Origin: a bacterium
Lineage (GTDB): Bacteria; Patescibacteriota; Microgenomatia; Daviesbacterales; UBA10151
DNA length: 36,242 bases
Assembly: GCA_021786315.1 (NCBI GenBank)
Contig: JAJYNN010000002.1
Location: 166,160-202,401 of the forward strand
Reading direction: 5' to 3'
Positions 1 to 8,149 of the stretch are shown in pieces (the first letter of the stretch is position 1; every line of letters begins with the position of its first letter). The position numbers and the translations under genes are program-made. The notes below the pieces were generated by a model. The model had not been told where the DNA came from, did not search any database, and worked only from the letters and a program-made list of their open reading frames with translations.

Positions 1-1007
1 CTCGCAGCGTTCGGGAGCAGCCTCCTTCCGCTAACGGCTCTGTACTTTATGTTGCAGGTGAAGAATCAGCCCAGCAGATTAAAATCCGGGCAGAAAGGAT
101 TGCCCCCAAAGCATCCCTGGATATATTGAATGAGATAGATATTGATATAGTTTGTGAGGTTTTGCAACGGGTTAAACCCTCCCTGGCAATTGTGGATTCC
201 ATTCAAACCATGGAAACCTCTGACCTTACCGGTATCGCCGGATCAGTAGGGCAAGTCAGGGAAACCGCCCATAGGCTGCAGCGGGTAGCCAAAGCTTTGC
301 AAATTCCGATTTTTATTGTGGGCCATGTCACCAAAGACGGTTCGATTGCCGGGCCGAAAACTTTGGAACATTTGGTGGATGTGGTGGTTTCTTTGGAAGG
401 GGAACAAAATACAAACTTCAGAGTTCTCCGCTCTTCCAAAAACCGGTTTGGCTCCACTGACGAGGTTGGTATCTTTGAAATGGAGGAGGGGGGGATGGTG
501 GAAGTCGGCAACCCTTCCAAAGTTTTCCTTGACCAAAAGGTGGAGGCTCCCGGCTCGGCGGTGGTGGTAACTATGACCGGGGTCAGGCCTTTACTGGTAG
601 AAATCCAGGCATTGGTTACAAAAACTTTCTCTCCGGTTCCTAGAAGAGTTGGGTCAGGAATTGATAACCAAAGGCTGCAGCTTTTGGTGGCGGTGTTATC
701 AAAAAGATTGGGTTTGCCACTGTTTGATCAGGATGTATTTGTTAATGTGACCGGAGGCTTGCGGCTTAATGAGCCGGCAGTAGATTTGGGGGTGGCTTTA
801 GCGATTATCTCCTCGTTTAAGGATTTGGTGATTACCCCGAAGACGGCTTTTGTAGGGGAGGTGGGGTTGTTGGGGGAATTGCGGCCGGTGAGGTTTTTGG
901 AAAAAAGGGAGAAGGAAGCCAAAAAGCTGGGGTTTACAAAGGTGGTCTCTTCTGAAAATGCCAAATCCCTTACAGAAGCAGTCAAACTAGCTCTTAGTAA
1001 GACATAA
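1..1007 (+). CDS. radA: DNA repair protein RadA/Sms, C-terminal part (5' end outside the window)
   Basis: The frame is open from base 3 (..VLYVAGEESAQQIKIRAERI..), upstream of the listed ORF. KNRFG motif present (SSKNRFGSTDEVGIFEM). Lon-like C-terminal domain (VFVNVTGGLRLNEPAVDLGVALAIISS). TAA stop at 1005-1007. Confidence 0.93.
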   Translation, partial: RSVREQPPSANGSVLYVAGEESAQQIKIRAERIAPKASLDILNEIDIDIVCEVLQRVKPSLAIVDSIQTMETSDLTGIAGSVGQVRETAHRLQRVAKALQIPIFIVGHVTKDGSIAGPKTLEHLVDVVVSLEGEQNTNFRVLRSSKNRFGSTDEVGIFEMEEGGMVEVGNPSKVFLDQKVEAPGSAVVVTMTGVRPLLVEIQALVTKTFSPVPRRVGSGIDNQRLQLLVAVLSKRLGLPLFDQDVFVNVTGGLRLNEPAVDLGVALAIISSFKDLVITPKTAFVGEVGLLGELRPVRFLEKREKEAKKLGFTKVVSSENAKSLTEAVKLALSKT

Positions 1008-1021
1008 AGATGCCTTTAAAA

Positions 1022-1056
1022 AAGGTGACGCCTCGGCGTATGCTAGGCGTCACCTT
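1022..1056. repeat. REP-like palindrome: two inverted AAGGTGACGCC arms around a 13-nt spacer
   Basis: aaggtgacgcc (1022-1032) pairs with ggcgtcacctt (1046-1056). The same core occurs in the hairpins flanking the Y1 transposase gene (24837-24873, 25649-25665) and in the palindrome at 2045-2110. Confidence 0.7.
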
Positions 1057-1085
1057 GTGTGTTGGAAAGTTAAGTTTTTTAGTAT

Positions 1086-1279
1086 GCGTCTTTGGTGGCA
1101 AAGACGCCCAAAGCCACTTTGACGGGAACGGTCCCTAAATTTGTCTGCGGTTTTGTCGGGGGAAAGCTGCCCCCTCGAACAGTTCGTCCGGCATCCCCCT
1201 GACGAAAACCTTGCCAAATTTTTAACGGGCTTGCGTTCCAGTCAAAGAGGAATAGGTCTGTGTTCCTGAGTGGGCAAAG
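1086..1279 (+). ncRNA. Structured intergenic element, copy 1 of 3 (unclassified candidate ncRNA or structured repeat)
   Basis: 5' hairpin gcgtcttt-GGTGGC-aaagacgc (1086-1107). Closing helix ctttgac (1117-1123) / gtcaaag (1241-1247). Inner helix ggttttgtcggggg (1149-1162) / ccccctgacgaaaacc (1195-1210). Alignable with 7741-7950 and 19841-20099, with compensatory changes in the helices. Confidence 0.5.
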
Positions 1280-1336
1280 ATACAGAAAGTAAGTTTTATC
1301 GCAGATTTATTGTGGGTTGGGGAATATAATCAGTGC

Positions 1337-1708
1337 ATGCCAGGGTTGATTGAAGACATTAACGGTCAGGCCAAGGATAACACCAATTTTCGCAAAGTTT
1401 TGGAAACCGGGAAATATACCCAGGTGGTAATTATGAGTATTATCCCGGGGGGAGAAATTGGGGAAGAGGTCCACCCGGATAACGACCAAATACTTTATTT
1501 AGTTGATGGGGAGGGGGTGGCAGTTTTAGACGGAGAGGAAAAACCCTTTGTTGCCGGGGACTTGGTTTTGGTAAAAGCCGGGACAAAACACAATTTTTTA
1601 AACAGGGGGGACAGTCCTTTGTCTATTATTACCACTTACTCACCCCCACACCACCCGGAAGGGACAATTCACCAGACAAAAGAAGATGCCGATAAGGCGG
1701 GTTATTAG
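1337..1708 (+). CDS. Cupin-domain protein
   Basis: Cupin motif pattern G(E)x(V)HPDNDQILYLVDGEG....GDLVLVKAGTKHNF. I prefer ATG 1337 over the TTG at 1310 because TATAAT (1325-1330) lies 6 nt upstream of the ATG. Confidence 0.8.
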   Translation: MPGLIEDINGQAKDNTNFRKVLETGKYTQVVIMSIIPGGEIGEEVHPDNDQILYLVDGEGVAVLDGEEKPFVAGDLVLVKAGTKHNFLNRGDSPLSIITTYSPPHHPEGTIHQTKEDADKAGY

Positions 1709-2044
1709 TCGGGGCAAGGGGCATATATTATGGGATAGGGGAAAAAGTCTTGTAGTTTCCGGTCCAATACTTCCAATTAGTGTAAACATTAACAATAACT
1801 CCCTGAGTTTTTCATTTTAGACCCTTATAAAAGAAATTAACCGCTAAATTTCTTAATTTTTGAAACTATCAAAAAAGTTACTTAGGCAATCCTTTTTAGA
1901 AGTTAGAATAAATAGATTACTCAAAATTTTTCCGGGAGAAAAATTTTAGTGATTTTCTAACAGGAAAAGGGGATTGGAACGGGTTGGAAAATATAAGGAA
2001 ACAGAGGGAAGATCCTTACTAATTATAGGGTATGATTTTAAGAA

Positions 2045-2110
2045 AAGGTGACGCCTTGCCGGATGGTAAGCAGAGCTTGCGACAACTTCGTTGTCTAATG
2101 CCGTCACCTT
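2045..2110. repeat. REP-like composite palindrome with AAGGTGACG arms
   Basis: aaggtgacg (2045-2053) pairs with cgtcacctt (2102-2110). Inner hairpin gacaa-cttcg-ttgtc (2081-2095). Same core as at 1022-1056 and the transposase flanks. Confidence 0.65.
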
Positions 2111-2130
2111 ATTATGACAAGAAATTGTTT

Positions 2131-2170
2131 AAGGCCACCCCTTGCCATACGGACAAGGAGGTGGCCTTTT
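2131..2170 (+). terminator. Orphan terminator-like GC-rich hairpin followed by TTTT
   Basis: aaggccaccccttg (2131-2144) pairs with caaggaggtggcctt (2152-2166), then tttt. The nearest upstream plus-strand CDS ends more than 400 nt away. Confidence 0.35.
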
Positions 2171-2367
2171 CTAGGGCGGATTGGTGTGGAAAAGGTGTGG
2201 ATAAGTGGTTATTTTGAGGCTGGTTTCGGGTCAATCTTCGGGTAAGGATTCGGGTAATGCCAAAAAATAAAAAGCCTTTGACTCCGCTTGTCTTATCGTG
2301 TTAATCTTTACGTATAGGGCTACTTTTGCTAACGCAAAAGATCCTGCAATTCTCGCAAGCTCGAATT

Positions 2368-3513
2368 ATGGACGAATATTTCTTACAGGTAATAAAAGAA
2401 GGTGAAGATCCGAAATGGCCTCGACCTGAAGCTGAATTGGTAGTTGGCCATCAATCCCTTGAAGGTGGTTATACCCAATATTGGGCTTATTCTTCCGATT
2501 CCGGCAAGGAAGCAGAAGATTTACCTCCGGCCGAAGTTTTGGCCTCCGAAAACAAAACCTCGGCCGCAGCTATCCTAATTGACCAAAAGACCCCTACGCT
2601 TTTAACTTTGGTCTTAGTTAAAGACGGCCACGCCTGGGCCCACACCGAATCCGATGAAAAGAACCTGGAAGACAGCATCTCCGAGATGCTGGATTTTGCC
2701 AAAAATAAGTTTGATTTGAATGTCCAACATTTTATGACCACCAGCCGGGTTTCCCCGGAGATAGAGGATAGGCTGGACAAGCTGGAGGGGGGAGAGGGAA
2801 CGGATCCGGATAAATCAGAGAAATCAGAAGATCAGTCCGTCGGTGAATCGGTGGGTCAGAATGTCAGTGAATCAGCAGAAGATGGTAAAGAAGAGGAGGA
2901 AGGTGGGAAGGCGATTAAGCATTTGAACAACTCCGGGGATGATTTTTCCTCTTTGGCCTCAAGTTATGGCAACAGGTTTAAGGCCCAGCCCGCCGCAAGA
3001 CCGGACCACGCAGCTCCCGGCCTCGTGGTTTCCCGGGATAATAATCCCAAGGGGAAGCTCTCAAAGATGGCGGTTATCCTGCCAATTATTTTATTATTAG
3101 TAGTTTTTGGAGGGGCGGTAAAATATAAAGACAAAATTTTAGGCAAGCTCAGCAGCTTCAACCAGCCTGCGGCCAAGGAGGTTACCGTGACTCCCACCCC
3201 CACGCCTTCTCCCACCCCCACGCCTTCCCTGGACAGGAGCAAATACCAGGTGAGGGTTTTAAACGGCACTACCAAAACCGGGGCTGCCGGAACCTTAGCT
3301 GATGACTTAAAGAGTAAAGGCTGGGAAATTTTATCCAAAGGGAACGCCCGAAACCAGGCCACGGAACAAACCACTGTCAGTGTCAAGAAGGGGACGGATG
3401 AACTGGTGGCCAAGACAATGATCTCCGACCTGTCTGACTTGGAAGCCACCCAGGGGGCAACCCTCTCAGCCACAGATAAGGCTGATGTGGAAGTGGTGAT
3501 TGGGAAGAAATAA
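2368..3513 (+). CDS. Membrane-anchored protein with C-terminal LytR_C-like domain
   Basis: Single TM (MAVILPIILLLVVFGGAV), a PT-rich linker (TPTPTPSPTPTPS), and a C-terminal YQVRVLNGTTKTGAAGTLADDLKSKGWEI...VEVVIGKK typical of LytR_C. ATG 2368 is preferred over TTG 2326. Confidence 0.7.
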   Translation: MDEYFLQVIKEGEDPKWPRPEAELVVGHQSLEGGYTQYWAYSSDSGKEAEDLPPAEVLASENKTSAAAILIDQKTPTLLTLVLVKDGHAWAHTESDEKNLEDSISEMLDFAKNKFDLNVQHFMTTSRVSPEIEDRLDKLEGGEGTDPDKSEKSEDQSVGESVGQNVSESAEDGKEEEEGGKAIKHLNNSGDDFSSLASSYGNRFKAQPAARPDHAAPGLVVSRDNNPKGKLSKMAVILPIILLLVVFGGAVKYKDKILGKLSSFNQPAAKEVTVTPTPTPSPTPTPSLDRSKYQVRVLNGTTKTGAAGTLADDLKSKGWEILSKGNARNQATEQTTVSVKKGTDELVAKTMISDLSDLEATQGATLSATDKADVEVVIGKK

Positions 3514-3600
3514 AATTTCCAATTTCTAATTTTCAATTTTTAATGAATTATCAATGTCAAAATGTTTAAAACATTGGAAATTAGTAATTAAGAGTTAAAA
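3514..3600. repeat. AT-rich intergenic word-repeat block (AATTTTCAA / TTTCTAAT words)
   Basis: aatttccaatttctaattttcaatttttaatgaattatcaatgtcaaaatgtttaaaacattgg. The segment taatgaatt.tc.atgtc..aatgtttaaaa.attgg is shared with 13813-13880. Confidence 0.6.
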
Positions 3601-3630
3601 ATTCCTTGAAAGGGAAGATTAGGGTAAGGC

Positions 3631-3659
3631 TTGACTTCCGGGGTGATCGTTACTATGGT
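3631..3659 (+). promoter_or_regulatory. Sigma-70-like promoter for the response-regulator operon
   Basis: TTGACT (3631-3636), 17-nt spacer, TATGGT (3654-3659). AGGAAA (3668-3673) precedes ATG 3681. Confidence 0.45.
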
Positions 3660-3680
3660 ATAGTAATAGGAAATAAACTT

Positions 3681-4319
3681 ATGGCTAAAGTGCTGCTGAT
3701 TGAAGATGAAAAAGCAATGTCCGACCTCATTGCCTTAAAGTTTAAGGTCGAGAACTTCGAAGTTGACCAGGCCTTTAATTTTGCTGAGGCTAAAGAGAAA
3801 CTGACTGCCGGGACCTACGACGCAATTCTGACTGATTACCTCCTTCCCGACGGGGATTTAACCGAGTTTTTAACCGGTGTCCGGGCTGATTCCAAATTCC
3901 AAAGTCTGCCTGTCATCGTTATGACCAATTACGTTGAGGATGTTAACCAGGAGAAGCTTAAATCTTTGGGGGTTTCGGAAATTATTGTGAAGTACCAGGT
4001 AGTGCCGGCCCAGATGGTTGATAAAATCAAGGCTTTGATCGTCAATACTGCTACAACTGCCCCGGCAGCCCCTGCCCCGAACCAGGGCGAAGCGATCGGT
4101 TCAGGGCCTGCAGCTGGGACGCCCGCTCCGGGAGTACCCCAAGCTGCACCCGCAGCTGCTGCACCTGCTCAACCAGTGGCTGCTCCCGCTCCGGTTGAGC
4201 CTGTAGCTCCAGCTGAACCAGTGGTTCCGGTGGCCGCGGCGCCTGCTCCTGAACCTGCTGCCACACCTGCACCTGCTCAACCTGCCTTAGATGTAAATCC
4301 CGAGCAGGTAAGTAATTAG
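3681..4319 (+). CDS. Response regulator with a receiver (REC) domain only and a ~95-aa Pro/Ala-rich C-terminal tail
   Basis: KVLLIEDEKAMSDL..., phospho-acceptor context AILTDYLLPDG, and VIVMTN..., followed by the low-complexity APAAPAP...PAPAQP tail. ATG 3681 is preferred over TTG 3606. Confidence 0.88.
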   Translation: MAKVLLIEDEKAMSDLIALKFKVENFEVDQAFNFAEAKEKLTAGTYDAILTDYLLPDGDLTEFLTGVRADSKFQSLPVIVMTNYVEDVNQEKLKSLGVSEIIVKYQVVPAQMVDKIKALIVNTATTAPAAPAPNQGEAIGSGPAAGTPAPGVPQAAPAAAAPAQPVAAPAPVEPVAPAEPVVPVAAAPAPEPAATPAPAQPALDVNPEQVSN

Positions 4320-4322
4320 CTC

Positions 4323-4592
4323 ATGGACCAGAATTCTCAATACCAAAACGTTTTGACTGATTTAATTAAAAAACAGATGGTCATGCTGGGGCCGAATGTG
4401 GCCTTGGGCCAGGCCAGGAAGGTTGCCGGAATTACCGTGGGGGATGACGGGACAGTAACCGCCATTTCCGGTGACCCCCAGGCAGTGCTTTCCGCCGTGG
4501 CCAAACAATACATCTCCCTTTCCGGAGCCATTGCCCAGATGACTTTGGACTCTTTAATTGCCAAATATCCGGATGTTAAGATTACTACATAG
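4323..4592 (+). CDS. Small hypothetical protein (89 aa), operonic between the response regulator and the histidine kinase
   Basis: ATG lies 3 nt after the response-regulator stop. No family recognised. Confidence 0.5.
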   Translation: MDQNSQYQNVLTDLIKKQMVMLGPNVALGQARKVAGITVGDDGTVTAISGDPQAVLSAVAKQYISLSGAIAQMTLDSLIAKYPDVKITT

Positions 4593-4595
4593 AGT

Positions 4596-4883
4596 ATGGG
4601 TACAGCAGAAATTATTGCCTGGATCGCGACTGTTTTAGCTTTGATTGTCAGCTTGCTGACAATGTTTAACGCGGCCAAATTAAAGACCGGGATTTTGGCT
4701 ATCTCCACTTATGCTTTTGGCGGGGGAATGCTCTTTTTGGCGGGATCCTTCCTACTGACGGCGCTTCCCTTAACGGTTGAGCCTGATTTGGCGGAACTGG
4801 TTTCCCGGATTTTATTCCTGGTGGGGTTTGTTCTCCTGGGCTTTGGTTCTTATAAGATCTATACCATGAGCCAAATAAAGTAG
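4596..4883 (+). CDS. Small integral membrane protein (95 aa, about 3 TM)
   Basis: ATG lies 3 nt after the previous stop. Three hydrophobic spans (IIAWIATVLALIVSLL, ILAISTYAFGGGMLFLAGSFLL, ILFLVGFVLLGFG). Confidence 0.55.
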   Translation: MGTAEIIAWIATVLALIVSLLTMFNAAKLKTGILAISTYAFGGGMLFLAGSFLLTALPLTVEPDLAELVSRILFLVGFVLLGFGSYKIYTMSQIK

Positions 4884-5005
4884 AATTTTAAATTTTAAAG
4901 CTCAAATTTTCAAATAATTTTCAAATTCAAATTTTAAAACATTCAAAATTTAGATTTCACTTAAAATTGAAAATTTAAAATTTAGATTTTCTAGTGTAAA
5001 CTAGA
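4884..5005. repeat. AT-rich intergenic word-repeat block
   Basis: ctcaaattttcaaataattttcaaattcaaattttaaaacattcaaaatttag...aaaattgaaaatttaaaatttag. Contains both forward (ttttcaaa) and inverted (ttgaaaa) words. Confidence 0.55.
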
Positions 5006-5008
5006 ATT

Positions 5009-6673
5009 ATGAACCCTGTGGCTCTGCTCGCCATTGTGCTCGGAAACCTGACCGTTTCCGTCATTGCCTACCGCTATTTTAAGAAATTCCAATCCACCGT
5101 GGCCTTGCATGACCTGGAAATGGCCAAGCGGGAAAAGGAACTCAAAAGAAGGGTTTTGGAGCTGCAGGTTTTGCGTTCCCTGGGGGAGCGGGCAGGGTAT
5201 TCTTTAGACCTCCGGCAGATTCTGGAAGTGATCACCGACAGCTTGACCGGGCTGGTGGAGTTTGCCACCGTGGCCTATATGCTTCCGGGCAAAGAAGGCA
5301 GGATTATCTTTAAGATCCGGGCTGCTGAGCCTGTTTCCCGTAAGTTTTTAACCCAAACCAAGTCCCAAATGCTCGAGGCCTTTTCCGCCATGACCGGAAC
5401 TTCTTTGCAGCCTGGTTTAATCGATGAAACAGCCTCAGGCAGCGCTATTGATGACACCTCGGACATTACTGTAGGCTCATTTTTCAACCTGCCGATTATT
5501 ATCGGGGGCAAGGTAGTAGCCTTGGTCAACGTTTCTTCCCCTAAGACTGGCCTTTACGGGGATGAGGAGACAACGATCCTTTATACCATCTTTAACCAAG
5601 TATCCACCCAGGTGGACAAGCTGGTTTCGGTGGTGGAGAACGAAAAACGCCGCCTTTCCGCCATGATCGGCTCTTTGACCGACGGGGTGGTGATGGTTGA
5701 CGGCAATTTTAACCTCATTGTGGCTAACCCTATTTTAGCCCCGCTTTTAGGGTTAACCCGGCCCGTTGCCAGCCTTTACGACCTGGTGGCGGCCATCGGC
5801 ACCAAAGTGGACCTTCAGGGAGCCATCTCCCAGGCCTTTACCAAGCAAAGCATGGTTTCTTTACCGGAAATCAGCCTGGGTGAGAAGGCGGTGCAAATTG
5901 ATGTGGAGCCGGTGAAAGACCGGTTCGGCTACCTTTTGGGGGTAGCCGTGGTTTTCCATGATGTCTCAGCCAGAAAAGCCCTGGAGAAGCTGCGGGAGGA
6001 GTTTACGGCGATGATGGTCCACGAACTCCGCACGCCTTTGACCACCATCACTTATTCCATCGACATGATGAAAACTGACTTGCCGAAGATGAAAACGGAG
6101 GATGTCAGCCAGAACCTGGGGATTATTAAGGGGACCACGGACAATATGCTTTCTTTGGTCAACGAGCTTTTGGATGTGGCTAAAATTGAGGCCGGGAAGT
6201 TTATCGTGGTCAAAAAGGAGGATGATTTGGCCGGGATGCTCAACGAAAAAGTCCAGGCATTTAAAGCTTTAACTGACCAGAAGCATATCTATTTGACTGC
6301 CCAGATTGATCCCCATCTGCCTAAAGTCAGCTTTGACCGCAATCGGCTTGGCCAGGTGGTCAACAACCTCCTTTCCAATGCCATTAAATACACTGACAAG
6401 GGCGGAGTGAGTATTCGGGCGGAGGGCAAGGATGGCCAGGTGGTGGTTTCGGTTTCCGATACCGGTGACGGCATCAAGCCGGAAGACCTAAATAAGCTTT
6501 TCTCCAAGTTTGAGCAGCTGGGCAAGGGTAAAACAGGGGAGAAGGGTGGAACGGGCTTGGGATTGGTGGTAACCAAAGGTATTGTTGAAGCCCACGGAGG
6601 CCGGATTTGGGTCACTTCCCCCGGTGAGGGCAAAGGGACAACATTTAGCTTCAGCCTGCCGCTGGGTCAGTAG
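5009..6673 (+). CDS. Sensor histidine kinase (TM, GAF/PAS-like sensor, HisKA, HATPase_c)
   Basis: H-box HELRTPLTTI, N-box NLLSNAIKYT, G1 DTGDGI and G2 GGTGLGL. N-terminal TM. Confidence 0.93.
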   Translation: MNPVALLAIVLGNLTVSVIAYRYFKKFQSTVALHDLEMAKREKELKRRVLELQVLRSLGERAGYSLDLRQILEVITDSLTGLVEFATVAYMLPGKEGRIIFKIRAAEPVSRKFLTQTKSQMLEAFSAMTGTSLQPGLIDETASGSAIDDTSDITVGSFFNLPIIIGGKVVALVNVSSPKTGLYGDEETTILYTIFNQVSTQVDKLVSVVENEKRRLSAMIGSLTDGVVMVDGNFNLIVANPILAPLLGLTRPVASLYDLVAAIGTKVDLQGAISQAFTKQSMVSLPEISLGEKAVQIDVEPVKDRFGYLLGVAVVFHDVSARKALEKLREEFTAMMVHELRTPLTTITYSIDMMKTDLPKMKTEDVSQNLGIIKGTTDNMLSLVNELLDVAKIEAGKFIVVKKEDDLAGMLNEKVQAFKALTDQKHIYLTAQIDPHLPKVSFDRNRLGQVVNNLLSNAIKYTDKGGVSIRAEGKDGQVVVSVSDTGDGIKPEDLNKLFSKFEQLGKGKTGEKGGTGLGLVVTKGIVEAHGGRIWVTSPGEGKGTTFSFSLPLGQ

Positions 6674-6789
6674 GCCAGAGTTTCGGCGTATCAGCGTTTC
6701 AGGGCATCAGAAATTCTGACATTCCGATGTTCTGATTTTCTGATCTCAGCTTGTCCTCCCACCCCTATCCAAGGTAAAATAAGCATAGG

Positions 6790-7698
6790 ATGATTAATAA
6801 GGCGCGTTTTTATTCAGCCATTACCTTGACTATCGCTCTCGGTCTTTTGGGCTACGCCTTAGGGGGAATCCTTCCCTTACCTGACCCCTTTACCACCACC
6901 AAAACCCGGGAAGTTTATGCCCTTCTGGGAGTTTTACTCAGTATTTTAATCTTTGCCCCCTTGTCTTCCTGGATCGTCAAAACCACCACCAAGCTGGCGG
7001 CTGAAGCCGTTTCTAAGGTTGCCTTGGAAATTATTAAGCACTTAACCACCCGCAGATTACCGGTCAATATTGAGACTGCAGCCCAGCTGGGGGTGCAGGA
7101 TGCCATAATCCTGGATACCTCAACTATTATTGACGGCAGGGTCCTGGAAGTGGCTAAAACGGGTTTTTTGTCAGGTTTGATACTGGTTCCCGACTTTGTT
7201 TTAAAGGAGCTGCAGCAGGTGGCAGATTCGGCTGACCACTTAAAAAGGTCCCGGGGAAGGCGGGGTTTTGAGGTTATGGGCGAGCTGAAAAAGATCAAGG
7301 GAATCAGGCTTCAGGTTTGGGAAGAGGCTTCCGCTACCTCTCCTTTAGGGAAAGAGGTGGATGATAAGTTGATGAATTTAGCCCAGACTGTCAAAGGAAA
7401 GATTTTAACCTGCGATTTCAACCTTTCCCAGGTGGCCAAAATCCGGGGGATCAAGGTTTTAAACCTGAACGAGCTTTCCAATTCCCTAAAGACTTTGCCT
7501 ATCCCCGGGGAAAAGTTGACCGTTAAAATCATGCACCAGGGAAAAGACCGTGACCAGGGGGTAGGGTATACCCTAGACGGGGTGATGATTGTAATTAAGG
7601 ATGGGGCAGCCTTTACCGGCAAAGAAATTGAGGCGGAAGTGACTAAAATTCTCCAGGGTTCCTCAGGCCGGATGATCTTCGGCAAAAAAGTTTCCTAG
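6790..7698 (+). CDS. PIN/TRAM-domain membrane protein (YacL-like)
   Basis: Two N-terminal TMs, a PIN-like IILDTSTIIDGRVLEVAKTGFLSG..VPDFVLKELQQVADS, and a C-terminal TRAM-like GEKLTVKIMHQGKDRDQGVGYTLDGVMIVIKDG. Confidence 0.82.
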   Translation: MINKARFYSAITLTIALGLLGYALGGILPLPDPFTTTKTREVYALLGVLLSILIFAPLSSWIVKTTTKLAAEAVSKVALEIIKHLTTRRLPVNIETAAQLGVQDAIILDTSTIIDGRVLEVAKTGFLSGLILVPDFVLKELQQVADSADHLKRSRGRRGFEVMGELKKIKGIRLQVWEEASATSPLGKEVDDKLMNLAQTVKGKILTCDFNLSQVAKIRGIKVLNLNELSNSLKTLPIPGEKLTVKIMHQGKDRDQGVGYTLDGVMIVIKDGAAFTGKEIEAEVTKILQGSSGRMIFGKKVS

Positions 7699-7740
7699 TT
7701 CAGATTAAATCTCTTGAATTGAAAAGGTATGTTTTTAAAT

Positions 7741-7950
7741 GCAACTTTGGTGGCAAAGTTGCGCAAAGCCACTTGCAGTGAAAGTCGACCTAAAACCTTC
7801 ATCAGTTGTCTAGCGGGAACTTTACCCTTCGGAAATTCGGCTACTTCGTAGCGTCAGTTTCCGCTTTCCCTGCTGCCAACTGACTTGGTTTTTTAACGGT
7901 CTTTGTTTCAATGCAAGGGGAATAGAAGTTTGAGTTCCAGTGGGCAAAAG
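7741..7950 (+). ncRNA. Structured intergenic element, copy 2 of 3
   Basis: Hairpin gcaacttt-GGTGGC-aaagttgc (7741-7762). Closing helix cttgca (7772-7777) / tgcaag (7912-7917). Helices cagttg (7803-7808) / caactg (7877-7882) and cggaaa (7830-7835) / tttccg (7858-7863). Small hairpin gcta-cttcg-tagc (7840-7852). Confidence 0.5.
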
Positions 7951-8114
7951 AAAACTTTATTGACTTATCCACATTAGCAGAAATCCCGGTGGAAAAGAAA
8001 AAGTGTGTCTTGGATTAGGGCTTTAGAACAAGATAAATAGTACCTAGTATCCTCCAAAATAAACTACAAGCCTATGGTTTTTTGCTAGTAAAAAAACTAT
8101 AAGGTTATAAAATG

Positions 8115-8143
8115 TTGACAAATAATTTTTTCTGTACTAATAT
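8115..8143 (+). promoter_or_regulatory. Strong sigma-70-like promoter with no CDS downstream
   Basis: TTGACA (8115-8120), 17-nt spacer, TAATAT (8138-8143). The next ORF of 60 aa or more starts more than 580 nt downstream and has its own promoter. Confidence 0.55.
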
Positions 8144-8149
8144 CTAATG

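Noticed and set aside
2032-2217. 61-aa plus-strand ORF in the cupin/LytR_C intergenic region
   Set aside because: It is built almost entirely from the REP-like palindrome (2045-2110) and the terminator-like hairpin (2131-2170). It has no ribosome-binding site and no recognisable protein features.
3514-5005. AT-rich repeat blocks considered as a CRISPR array or tandem satellite
   Set aside because: There is no regular repeat-spacer periodicity. The words vary in order and spacing, and the blocks are dispersed at gene ends.
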